From Basidiobolus meristosporus CBS 931.73 (taxonomy: Eukaryota > Fungi > Basidiobolomycota): a stretch of DNA of 43,418 bases. Location: positions 1 to 43,418 of the forward strand of contig MCFE01000706.1 of the NCBI GenBank assembly GCA_002104905.1, read 5' to 3'. Shown piece by piece: positions 25,703 to 36,280 of the stretch (within the stretch, counting starts at the first letter, position 1; every line of letters begins with the position of its first letter). The translations under genes and the position numbers were made by a program. The notes beneath the pieces were generated by a model, which saw nothing but the letters and a program-made list of their open reading frames with translations, searched no databases and was not told the DNA's origin.

Positions 25703-28005
25703 ATGAGCCCCAAGCTGTCACTCTCTGCAATGTCTACCACTGCTATTACTGGAATTTTTCCCTCTGCTGAAAAGTTGGATGGCTCTAACTACCAAGTGTG
25801 GAAGGTGAAGATGAAGATGCTGCTACAAGAAAGAGGCCTTTGGGATATTGTCATGGGAGAAGAATGCCTTCCTAAAAACGTGGGAGAGGAAGCCTTAAAG
25901 TACCAGAAGAAAGAACAAAGTGCCTTTAACTGCATATGCCTTAATGTCAAGGACAAATTGCTAATTCAATGCTCAAGAGCAAAAACGGCAAAGAATGCCT
26001 GGAAGGCATTAGAAGACACCTACCAGTCATGTTCAGCTGCCAAGAAAATGTATCTGAGAAGAAAATTCTTTACTACAAAGATGCTGCCAGGAGAAGAAAT
26101 GAAAAATCTAATTAACAGAATTACCCTGCTGGTAGATGAGATGGAATCTGTGGGCATACCAACTACTGATGAGGATGTGATAGTTACCATCCTGAATAGC
26201 CTGACAGACAAGTTTCAGGGCCTTGTATCAGCCCTAGAGTCCAGGACTGAAGATTTGACCTTAAATTACGTATATGGAAGGCTCCTGGATGAAGAATTAA
26301 GAAAATCAGGCGCCAATAAGAAGGAAGAAGAAAATGCTTTAATAAGCAATGATAACCAACAAATGAGGTACCCAAGACCCTACAAAGGCAACAGCAATCT
26401 ATTTTGCAACTACTGCAAAAGGAAAGGACACACATCAGACCGGTGTTTCAAAAAGAGAGATTATCAGCAAAAGAAGCCTGAATATGGAAATGCTGCAACA
26501 ACTGAAGATTGACTATTCATATCTGCACTAAATATGACCACAAACAAGGATTCTCAGACGTGGTATATTGACTCTGGAGCTTCTCAACACTTTACACACC
26601 AAAAAGAACTTTTTACCCAATATCAAGAAATTCCAATTAAGAAGGTTTTCATGGGTGATGATAGAACACTTGATGCAGTGGGAGAAGGAACTATTCAAGT
26701 AAACCTAAGAAGCAGTGAAGGAAGCCATACACTGACCTTTAAAGAAGTACTCTATGTACCAGAAATAGCCAAGAACCTACTCTCTGTAAGCAAGGCCACA
26801 GCAGAAGGACTCAGTTTCAGTTTTGACAATTCTGGATGCAGGATCACTGATCAAAATGGTGCTCATATTGCTTCGGGCATCAGAGATCAGAATCTATACA
26901 AGTTGACTTATATTCCATCATATCTGGAAGCCAATATAAGTAACTTAAATGAAGAAACACCAATGCTTTGGCACAGGAGATTTGGGCACATCAATTTTGA
27001 TTATTTGCGCAAAATGATCAAAGATCAGCTAATTTCTGGAGTGAAAATTGATCCCCCAGCTAATTTGGAGCACTGTGAAGCCTGCATATATGGGAAACAA
27101 GCCAGACAACCGTTCAAGAGCTCTGGGTTAATCAAAACTAAGAAAAAATTAGATCTAATTCACTCAGATCTGTGTGGACCTATGCAAAATTTATCCTTAG
27201 GTGGGATGAAGTATTTAATCACTTTTATTGATGATTATACAAGATACACATGGGTCTACTGCATGGAGAGAAAGGAAGAAGCTCTGTCTAAGTTCAGGGA
27301 GTTTAAAGCCATGGTGGAGAGAGAAACTGGTGAAAAAATCAAGAAAATACGCTCTGACAATGGTGGAGAATATACCTCAAAACTCTTCATTGACTTCTGC
27401 AAAATTCATGGGATAAAGCAAGAGACTACTGTACCATACTCCCCACAGCAAAATGGAGTAGCAGAACAAGCTAACAGATCAATAATTGATATGGCAAGAT
27501 CTATGATCCATGATCAAAAATTATCCTATGATTTTTGGGCGGAATCAGTTGCCACTGCTGTATATCTTAAAAATAGGAGTTATAACAGAATACTTCGTGA
27601 TTCTACTCCATTTGAAGCATGGTATGGATACAGACCAAGTGCAGAACATCTAAGAATATTTGGGTGTACAGCATATGCCAAAAAACTGGCCGGAAATCAG
27701 TCAAAATTTGAGCCAAAAAGTGTAAAATGCATATTTCTGGGCTACTGCAATGAGAGTAAGGCATACAGACTCTACAATACCAAAGCAAAGAAGCTTATCA
27801 AGTCCAGGGATGTGTTGTTTGATGAAAATTCAAAATTTTCACAAAAAATGACATCAGATGATGACGAGAATTTGATCTCAATTCCACCAATTGTCAGGAT
27901 TGAATCAGAGCAAAACAATGAAAATTTTTTCACTCCAGAGGACTCTACAACCGTGGTTCAGCCAGAATCAGTGCCCAGGAATATCCCAGAAGTGATCATT
28001 CCCGT
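25703..28005 (+). pseudogene. C1 gag-protease-integrase reading frame (one in-frame TGA at 26510-26512)
   Basis: KLDGSNYQVWKVKM; zinc knuckle CNYCKRKGHTSDRC; protease WYIDSGASQH; WHRRFGH...CEAC; integrase HSDLCGP, IDDYTRY, RSDNGGEY, QNGVAE. ORFs 25571-26512 and 26534-28018 are in the same frame. Confidence 0.95.
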
Positions 28006-28809
28006 TGTGGTGGTGTAGAGGTACTCCTGGGAGAAGCTACACAACTCAAGGTGTGTGAGGTGTCTGATGGGTGCAATAACCACTGTGTCTAAACTGCTGG
28101 TGTCTTTGTCAATATGCCACTATGGTAAAAGTTCCTGCTTCTCTAGCTTCCTAGGTGCTCCAAGTGTCTCCAAAGGCCTCTGTGTGTCTTGTGCACTACC
28201 CTGAAAAGCTCCTTGATGGCAGGTCTGAGATGTACTGTTGAAGGCAGGTGCAGTGATCAACTGCTAATCAATAAGGTAGAAGTGTTACTGATAGAAGGGA
28301 TGATTTATTGATGAGGGATTGCTTTCCCTGAAATACTTTTCCTGATTGCCAAGTGATTACTAATGACAAGGTTCTAGAAGATTCTAGGTATCAGTGGAAT
28401 TCTTGATGACATCACTATGAGCTAAAAATATGCCAAGAATGTCCTGAAAGGTTCTAAAAGGCACAGCACTCTCAACCAATCAGGAATCAGTAGTCTGAAA
28501 CCTGTGCAACATAGAAATACCATATATGGTATTGAAATGGTAGGGATGGTAACACAGACCTAGGTCATGTGTCACAGGTACTGACGCGGGTACTTGCCTT
28601 ATATAGATACATCTACTGATCACAAAGCTGAATAACATCTGGGATAACTAATGCTAATAACTAATCAGGGTAAACATCATTTGGGGATAATACTGATAAT
28701 ATGGGCAAAAGAAGAATGGGATAATACTGATAAGATAAAATATGGATAAGTATATCATAATGACTATATGAATAAACTTGTCTGTGGGAGGTATGTTTAC
28801 CCTACCACA
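28006..28809. mobile_element. 804-bp non-coding insertion with TGTGGT...ACCACA termini and 4-bp TSD CCGT (solo LTR of an unrelated family, or a non-autonomous Ginger-like element)
   Basis: CCGT at 28002-28005 and 28810-28813. Absent from paralogues C2 and C3. Removing it plus one TSD (808 nt) puts the integrase and RT ORFs in frame with no stop. Confidence 0.85.
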
Positions 28810-28813
28810 CCGT

Positions 28814-30483
28814 ATCAAATGCCCGGAGATCAAATTGGACAAGAAATAGCCCAAATTACTATATTAATGAGGGTACAAACTTAGCCTATGCCTATTCAGT
28901 CCATATTGATGAACCCCAGACTGTAAAAGAGGCCCTAAATAGCCCTCAGACGAAGTTTTGGAGATCTGCAATGACTGAGGAATATCAGGCCCTAATGGAA
29001 AATCAAACTTGGGACTTAGTCAAATTACCAATGAACCAAAAATCAATTGGATGCAGATGGGTCTTCAAGACAAAATACAAGGCTGATGGTACAATTGAAA
29101 GATACAAAGCAAGACTTGTAGCCAAAGGATACTCTCAAACAAAAGGACTTGACTATACTGAGACCTTTGCACCGGTAGCCAAGTTTAATTCCATCAGATT
29201 AATATTGGCTATTGCAGCCAAATATAAGTTTTTTATTCATCAAATGGATGTAAAAACTGCATTTTTGAATGAAGAACTTGATGAGGACGTGTATATGGAC
29301 CAGCCTGATGGGTTTGTTGACCAAGATAACCCCCATTTGGTCTGCAAGCTTAAAAAGTCACTATATGGTCTCAAACAATCACCAAGAGCCTGGAATTGCA
29401 AGATAGATTCTTATTTGGAATCTTTGAGTTTCAAAAGGAGTAATGCTGACTATAGTATATACTATAAGTCAGATAGAGCAAATCCAGTTCTATTAGCTCT
29501 ATATGTAGATGATCTTATTATAGCCACAAATAACCTAGAAACATTGGAAGAGACTAAATCCAGCCTATCTAAGGAGTTCAAGATGTCCGATCTAGGAGAA
29601 CTAAGTTACTACTGAGGGATTAAGTTCTCCATAGACAGAAGTACCCAGACTATTACCCTAAGCCAATCCAAGTATATTCAAGATATACTAAAGAAGTACA
29701 ATATGGAAGACTGTAAACCGGCAGCTACCCCAATGGAGACAAACCTTAACTTGGTCAAAACTCAACCAAATCAAGAGAGCTTGGTGCCATCTGAAAGCCC
29801 TGACTTTCCTTATCAATCTATGGTCGGCAGTCTGATGTATATCATGCTTGGAACACATCCAGATATCTCATATTCAGTGGGAGTTGTCAGCCAACATAAT
29901 CAGAATTATGGATCTGATCATATTGCTGCAGTTAAGCGGATTTTTAGATACCTAAAAGGAACTGCTGATATCTGCTTAAGATACACTAATAAGGATTCAG
30001 AACAGGATCTTGTGGGATACTCTGATGCTGATTGGGGACGAAATTTAGAAGACAGAAGATCCACCACAGGATACACTTTTCTTTACTGTAAAGGAGCAAT
30101 TTCATGGAATTCAAGAAAGCAACCAACCGTAGCACTTTCTACTACAGAGGCAGAGTATATGGCAGCCTGTGAAGCTACAAAAGAAGCAATGTGGTTAAGA
30201 AAGCTGCTTACAGATTTAGGCCTATGTCAAAAAAACGCCTATTACTTTATTTCAAGATAATCAAGGATGTATACAATTAGGTAGAAATACAACTTTTCAT
30301 GCTAGAACCAAGCACATAGATATTAGACATCATTTCATACGTGAAGCTATAGAGAATAACTTAGTTAGCTTAGTTTACTGTTGTACAGATGAAATGATTG
30401 CAGACATATTTACCAAACCATTAGCTAGAGACAAGTTTGAATATCTTAGGTCAAAATTAGGACTAGTCAGTATGAACATTTAG
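28814..30483 (+). pseudogene. C1 reverse transcriptase-RNase H reading frame (TGA at 29613-29615; +1 A in the A-run at ~30228-30234)
   Basis: WVFKTKY...RYKARLVAKGYSQ; QMDVKTAFLN; LYGLKQSPRAW; LYVDDL; GYSDADWG; STTEAEY. After the frameshift the frame continues FQDNQG...TKHIDIRHHF...ADIFTKPL to TAG at 30481-30483. Confidence 0.95.
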
Positions 30484-33400
30484 CTGAGTGGGAGTGTTGT
30501 AAAAATTCGTATTTCCACCTAAATATTCACCTAACTTAGTCACTTAGATCAATACCTTCAAATCCTAGAGAATACTGACCAAATTCCTTGTCGGGATTTA
30601 CTTAGAATATTTTCACCAAAATGCCAGGTACCCAGAATATGAAAATTCTCAAAGTTGTCCAAACAGCCCCAAACTTTGCACACATGTTCTTGGGACCTTT
30701 CATAACCTATCCTACATGTTTGTAATGCCAAGACCAGGTAAAAGTATAAATACTACTTTTACATTCAATAAATCATTAAGTGAAAACCACATAATCTACT
30801 TGTTCTCCCAATCACTTCCAATATCTCCAAGACTCTTACAACATGGGGCTCATCAATATGGACTGAATAGGCATAGGCTACATTTGTACCCTGATTGATA
30901 TGCTAACTTGGGCCATTTTGTGTCTGATTGGATCTCCAGGAATTTGATACTGAAATGATCACTTCAGGGATATCTCTGGGCACTGACTCAGGCTGCATCA
31001 TGGTTGTGGAGACCCTTGGAGTGAAAAATACTTCATTGTTTTGCTCTGTTTCAATTCTGACAATTGATGGACTTGAGATCAGATTTTTGTCATCATCTGA
31101 TGTCATTATTTGTAAAAATCTTGAATTTTCATCAAACAACACATCCCTGGATTTGATTAGCTTCTTTGCTTTGGTATTGTAGAGTCTGTATGCCTTACTC
31201 TCATTGCAGTAGCCAAAAAATATGCATTTTACACTTTTTGGCTCAAATTTTGACTGATTTCCGGCCAGTTTTTTGGCATATGCTGTACACCCAAATATTC
31301 TTAGATGTTCTGCACTTGGTCTGTATCCATACCATGCTTCAAATGGAGTAGAATCACGAAGTAAACTTTTTGGCTCAAATTTTGAATGATTTCTGGGCAG
31401 TTTCTTGGGATATGCTTTACATCCAAATATTCTCAGATGTTCTGCACTTGGTCTGTATCCTTACCATGCCTCAAATGGACTAGAATTTCAAAGTATTTTG
31501 CTATAGCACATATTTTTAAGGTATACAGCTGTGGCAACTGATCCCACCCAAAAATTATAAGATAATTTTTGAGCATGGATCATAGATCTTGCCATATCAA
31601 TTATTAATTTGTTTGCATGTTCTGCTACTCCATTTTGTGGTGTGGGGAGTATGGTACAGTAGTCTCTTGCTTTATCCCATGAATTTTGCAGAAGTGGATG
31701 AAGAGTTTTGAGGTATATTCTCCACCATTTCAGAGAGTATTTTCTTAATTTCTTCACCAGCTTCTCTCTCCACCATGGCTTTAAACTCCCTGAATTTGGA
31801 CAGAGCTTCTTCTTTTCTCTCCATGAAGTAGACCCACATGTATCTTGTATAATCATCAATCTAAGTGATTAAATACATCATCCTGCATAAGGATAAATTT
31901 TCATAGGTCCCCACAAATCTGAGTGAATTCAATCTAAATTTTTCTTAGTTTTGTTGAACCTAGAGCTCTTGAATGGTTGTCTGGTTTGTTTCCCATATAT
32001 ACAGGCTTTGCATTGCTCCAAGCTAGCTGGGGGATCAATTTTTACTCCGGAAATTAGATGATCTTTAATCATTTTGTGCAAACAATCAAAATTGATGTGC
32101 CCAAATCTCCTATGCCAAAGCATTGGTGTTTCTTCATTTAAGTTATTTATATTGGCTTCCAGATATGATGGAATATAAGTCAGCTTGTATTGATTCTGAT
32201 CTCTGATACCTAAAGCAACATGGGTACCATTTTGATCAGTGATCCTGCATCCAAAATTGTCAAAGCTGAAACAGAGTCCTTCTGCTATGTCCAGCTTACA
32301 GATAGATGGTTCTTGGCTATCTCTGGTACATAGAGTACCTCTTTTAAGGTTAGTGTATGGCTTTCTTCACTGCTTCTTAGGTTTACTTGGATAGTTCCTT
32401 CTCCCACTGCATCAAGTGTTCTATTGTCACCCATGAAAACCTTCTTGATTAGAATTTCTTGATATTGGGTAAAAAGTTGTTTTTGGTGTGTAAATTCTAA
32501 TCTTGGATATCTGAAGCAATATGGGCACCATTTTGATTACTGATCCTGCATCCAGAATTGTCAAAGCTGAATTGAGTTCTTCTGCTGTGGCCTTGCCTAC
32601 AGATAGTAGGTTCTTGGCTATTTCTGGTACATAGAGTACATCCTTAAAAGTCAGTATATGGCTTCCTTCACTGCTTCTAAGGTTTACTTGGATAGTTCCT
32701 TCTCATACAGCATCAAGTGTTCAATTGTCACCCTTCAAAACCTTCTTGATTAGAATTTCTTGATATTGGGTAAAAAGTTGTTTTTGGTGTGTAGAGTGCT
32801 GAGATGCTCCAGAGTCAATGTACCATATCAGAGAATCCAGGTTTGTGGTCATGTTTAGTGCAGATAAGAATAGTCTATCTTTAGTTGATGCAGCATTTCC
32901 ATTTTCAAGCTTTTTTTGCTGATTATCTCTCTTTTTGAGACACCGGTCTGATGTGTGTCCTTTCCTTTTGTGGTAGTTGCAAAACAGGTTGCTGTTGCCT
33001 CTGTAAGGTCTTGGGTACCTCTTTTGTTGGTTAGCATTGCTTATTAAAGCAATTTCTTCTTCCTTCTTATTGGCGCTAGATTTTCTTAAATCTTCATCCA
33101 GGAGCCTTCCATATACCTAATTTAAGGTCAAATCTTCAGTTCTGGACTCTAGGTCTGATACAAGGCCCAGAAACCTGTCTGTCAGGCTATGCAGGATGGT
33201 TACTATCACATCCTCATCAATAGTTGGTACACCCACATATTCCATCTCATCCACCAGCAGGGTAATTGTTTCAATTGGATTTCTCATTTCATCTCCTGGC
33301 AGCATCTTTGTAGTAAAGAATTTTTGTCTAAGATAAATGTTCATAGCAGCTGAACATGACTGGTAGGTGTCTTCTAATGCTTTCCAGGCATTCTTTGCTG

Positions 33401-34129
33401 TTTTTGCTCTTGGGTGTTGAATTAGCAATTTGTCTTTAACATTGAGGCAAATGCGGTTAAAGGCACTTTGTTGTTTCTTCTGGTACTTTTAGGCTTCCTC
33501 TCCCACATTTTTAGGAGGGCATTTTTCTCCCATGACAATATCCAAAAGGCCTCTTTCTTGTGGCAGCCTCTTCATCTTCACCTTCTACACTTGGTAGTTA
33601 GATCCATCCAACTTTCCAGCAGATGGAAAAGTTCCAGTAATAGCAGTAGTAGACATTGCAGAGAGTGACAGCTTGGGGCTCATAACCTGTTGAGTGAGTC
33701 TTGGAGTTATTGGAAGTGATTTGGGAGGACAAGTAGATTATGTGCTTTTCACTTATTGATATATTGAATGTAAGAGTAGTGTTTATACACTTATGTGATC
33801 TTGGCATTACAAACATGTAGAATAGGCTAAGAAAGGTCCCAAAAACATGTATGTAAAGATTGGGGCTGTTTGGACAACTTTGAGAATTTTCATGATCTGG
33901 GTACCTGATATTTTGGTGAAAATATTCCAAGTAAATCCTAACAAGGAATTTGGTCAGTAATCTCTAGGATTTGAAGGTAGTGATCCAAGTGACTAAGTTA
34001 GGTGAGTATTTAGGTGGAATTACAAGTTTTTACAACACATTTCTTGCTTAGACTTATACAATACCACATATTTAGTACCCAATATGTGCAGTTCATGCAT
34101 GCTCTGTAAGACCTAACAAGCCTCACAGT

Positions 34130-35560
34130 GATTCTCAATTGCCTACTTGACTGAGAGTCTAAGGAGTCTGCATTATCACCTTGAGTGGGCACACTGTCAA
34201 CATGGCCTTTTCTGGATGTAGCCCCATTTGTTGTACTGAATGTCAAAGCAAGCTGCTGTGCAACCATTCTTCTGCTGCTGACTGCGGAAGAATTGGCTGG
34301 GAACCTGTCAACTTTGCTTTACTTGTAGGCAGCATATATACAAAAATGAATCAAACCAAAGGGGATATAATATCACATTTAAGTTTTATGTGGTGCCACA
34401 ACTTTGTTTCTAATGCTTACTACATGAGTCATGATTAATCTGAGATTCATGTAGTTGCAATGTCTCATTGACAATATTGTCTTAAACTTAAATGAATAGT
34501 GACAAAAAAGTGATGTACTAGTGTTACATTATTGAATATCATGCTGTTTGCCATATGAAGAAGTCTACTTAGAATAAATGCCATGATAGAAGAGAGAAAA
34601 TTCCATGTGGCTACTGTGCCATATTTACCATCCATGATGCATGCAGATAGCATAGAGAGTATTACAAAGATCTTGGCCAGTATTTTGCCACACAAGTCAT
34701 GTTGGAGCTTTTGTCACTCACTACAGAACCTACAATATGTTGCCAGCTGCTTAATACTTCCATGATGACACCTAGCTGTTGTAAGAGTCTTGGGGATATT
34801 GGAAGTGATTGGGAGAACAAGTAGATCATGTGGTTTTCACTCAATGATCTATTGAATATAAAGTAGTATTTATACTTTTACATGATCTTGGTATAGCAAA
34901 CACATAGAATAGGCTTGGGTAGGTGCCAAGAACATGTGTGCAAAGTTTTGGGCTGTCTGGACAACTTTGAGAGTTCTCATGTTCTGGGTACCAGAAATTT
35001 TAGTGAAAGTATTTCATGTAAATCTGGACAATGAATTTGGTCAGTATTCTCTAAGATATATAGGTAGCAATCTAAGTGGCTAAGTTAGGTGAATATTTAG
35101 GTGGAGTTACAAATCTTACAACACTAGCCACACTTGCCACCTTATACACACTGAGTTGGATGAGTTTGTGATACTTTCTGGTTCACATCAGCCTTCTTAA
35201 TATGGCCCATGCAATGATAGCTCTGAAGAAGAAGGCTCACTGATGAACTGTGAGCCTATCTCCCGTAACAACAGTACCCTGCATGAGACCAGAAAGTCAA
35301 AATATGTGATGCAACAACAGCCATGGAAAAAGATGCAGAGAATATCTCATGGAGCCAAGTAACTCAGTAACCTATTTACTAGTCATTGATGTGCTGTATT
35401 AGCTAAAGAAATGGCATGTTTCCTACTACATCAGTAATGCAGGCTTTGAGCATCTACTCCTGCTTCTTGCCAAGTTCATTCCACCTTGCAACTTACCATG
35501 AACATCATACAAATGGACAACTGTAATGCAGTTAGCTACATATGACCAAGAGAGTGTCCT
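34130..35560 (+). mobile_element. CACTA element copy 2 (inverted relative to copy 1): accessory ORF 5' end (minus) and transposase 5' part (plus), split by a solo LTR
   Basis: Collinear with the reverse complement of ~15900-16930 once 34777-35123 and one TSD are removed. PCGYC at 34603-34617; GSLMNCEPIS resembles GSLIDCEPIS. Confidence 0.75.
34777..35123 (-). repeat. Solo LTR of copia family A (S2) with a perfect TSD
   Basis: 347 bp, TGTTG...CAACA, alignable to the C1 LTR. CTAGC at 34772-34776 and 35124-35128. Confidence 0.95.
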
Positions 35561-35579
35561 GATACTGTCATGTATTAAT

Positions 35580-35885
35580 AGTTGTAAGGCATTTTCATCA
35601 GATTTGGCACAATTGCCATCTTAGAGATATTGGCCCAAATACTTGTTAAGGTTTACCTATAGTGTTGAGCCAAAATATCAGGTATTTAGGAAGTGAGAAA
35701 TCCCAGGGTTATCCAAAGACCCCAAATTTACCATACATGCTCTTGGGATATACTGTACATTTCCATCTTGCCAAGACTATGTAAAGTATAACTACCCCTT
35801 ACTTACTCATAAAATCATAAAGTGACAACCATACAATCTACTTGTTCTCCCAATCACTTACAATATCTCCAAAACTTTTGAAACC
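35580..35885 (+). repeat. Highly diverged copia family A LTR (S3)
   Basis: Retains GCCAAGAC-ATGTAAAGTATAA and CTACTTGTTCTCCCAATCACTT.CAATATCTCC. Termini are eroded and there is no clear TSD. Confidence 0.75.
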
Positions 35886-36280
35886 AAATTTAGTGGCTTT
35901 ATGTAGCAGCATTCAATGAAACCAGTCTACTAGGTATGCCAAACCAGTTACTTGAAAACCAGAGTTACCAAGAGCCTAAGACAAACCAAATGGGAGCCAG
36001 AGTACCTTGCATTGAGCCAGCAAGTCCAAAGTAACCTAGTGGTCACCATAACAATTGAATATGCATGGAAAATATGAAGGACCTCTCCAGTCTAGACATA
36101 CATCACAAAACATCCTAGTGACTTGTCTGATAAATTCAGCCACCAGTATGATTGGCAGTGTTTGGCGATTAGACAACATCAGACTGGGAATCAAGCATGC
36201 AATGATGAGACCGAAGCTTATTTCTACAACGCGGTGCACTCATTTAGGCAAAAATCTGCTTCTCTGTTGGGTGCTAAGGC

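Larger units (their letters stand above)
25349..30843 (+). mobile_element. Youngest Ty1/copia family A element (C1), full length
   Basis: LTRs 25349-25698 (350 bp) and 30495-30843 (349 bp), both TGTTG...CAACA, differ by 10 substitutions and 1 indel by manual alignment. PBS GGTTATGAGCCC at 25699-25710; PPT GAGTGGGAG at 30486-30494. Confidence 0.98.
23762..34037 (-). mobile_element. Ty1/copia family A element (C2), degenerate, host of C1
   Basis: 3' LTR 23762-24108; PPT GAGAGGGAG (minus strand); RT/RNase H 24110-25348; integrase, protease and gag 30844-33670; PBS GGTTATGAGCCC at 33676-33687 (minus); 5' LTR 33688-34037; TSD TATTT (23757-23761) / CATTT (34038-34042). Confidence 0.95.
1..36160. 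other. CpG-depleted transposon domain (footprint of past CpG methylation and deamination)
   Basis: CG dinucleotides are nearly absent on reading, except for scattered ones mainly in C1. CG becomes frequent from ~36165 onward. Not quantified. Confidence 0.85.

Noticed and set aside
26510-26533. In-frame TGA between gag and pol as programmed stop-codon readthrough (SIRE-like)
   Set aside because: Paralogues have sense codons here (AGA in C2, ACA in C3), so it is best read as a CGA-to-TGA mutation.
1-36160. Classical Neurospora-type RIP (CpA to TpA)
   Set aside because: The visible loss is of CpG while CA and TG are abundant, which fits methylation-driven deamination better. Dinucleotide indices were not computed.
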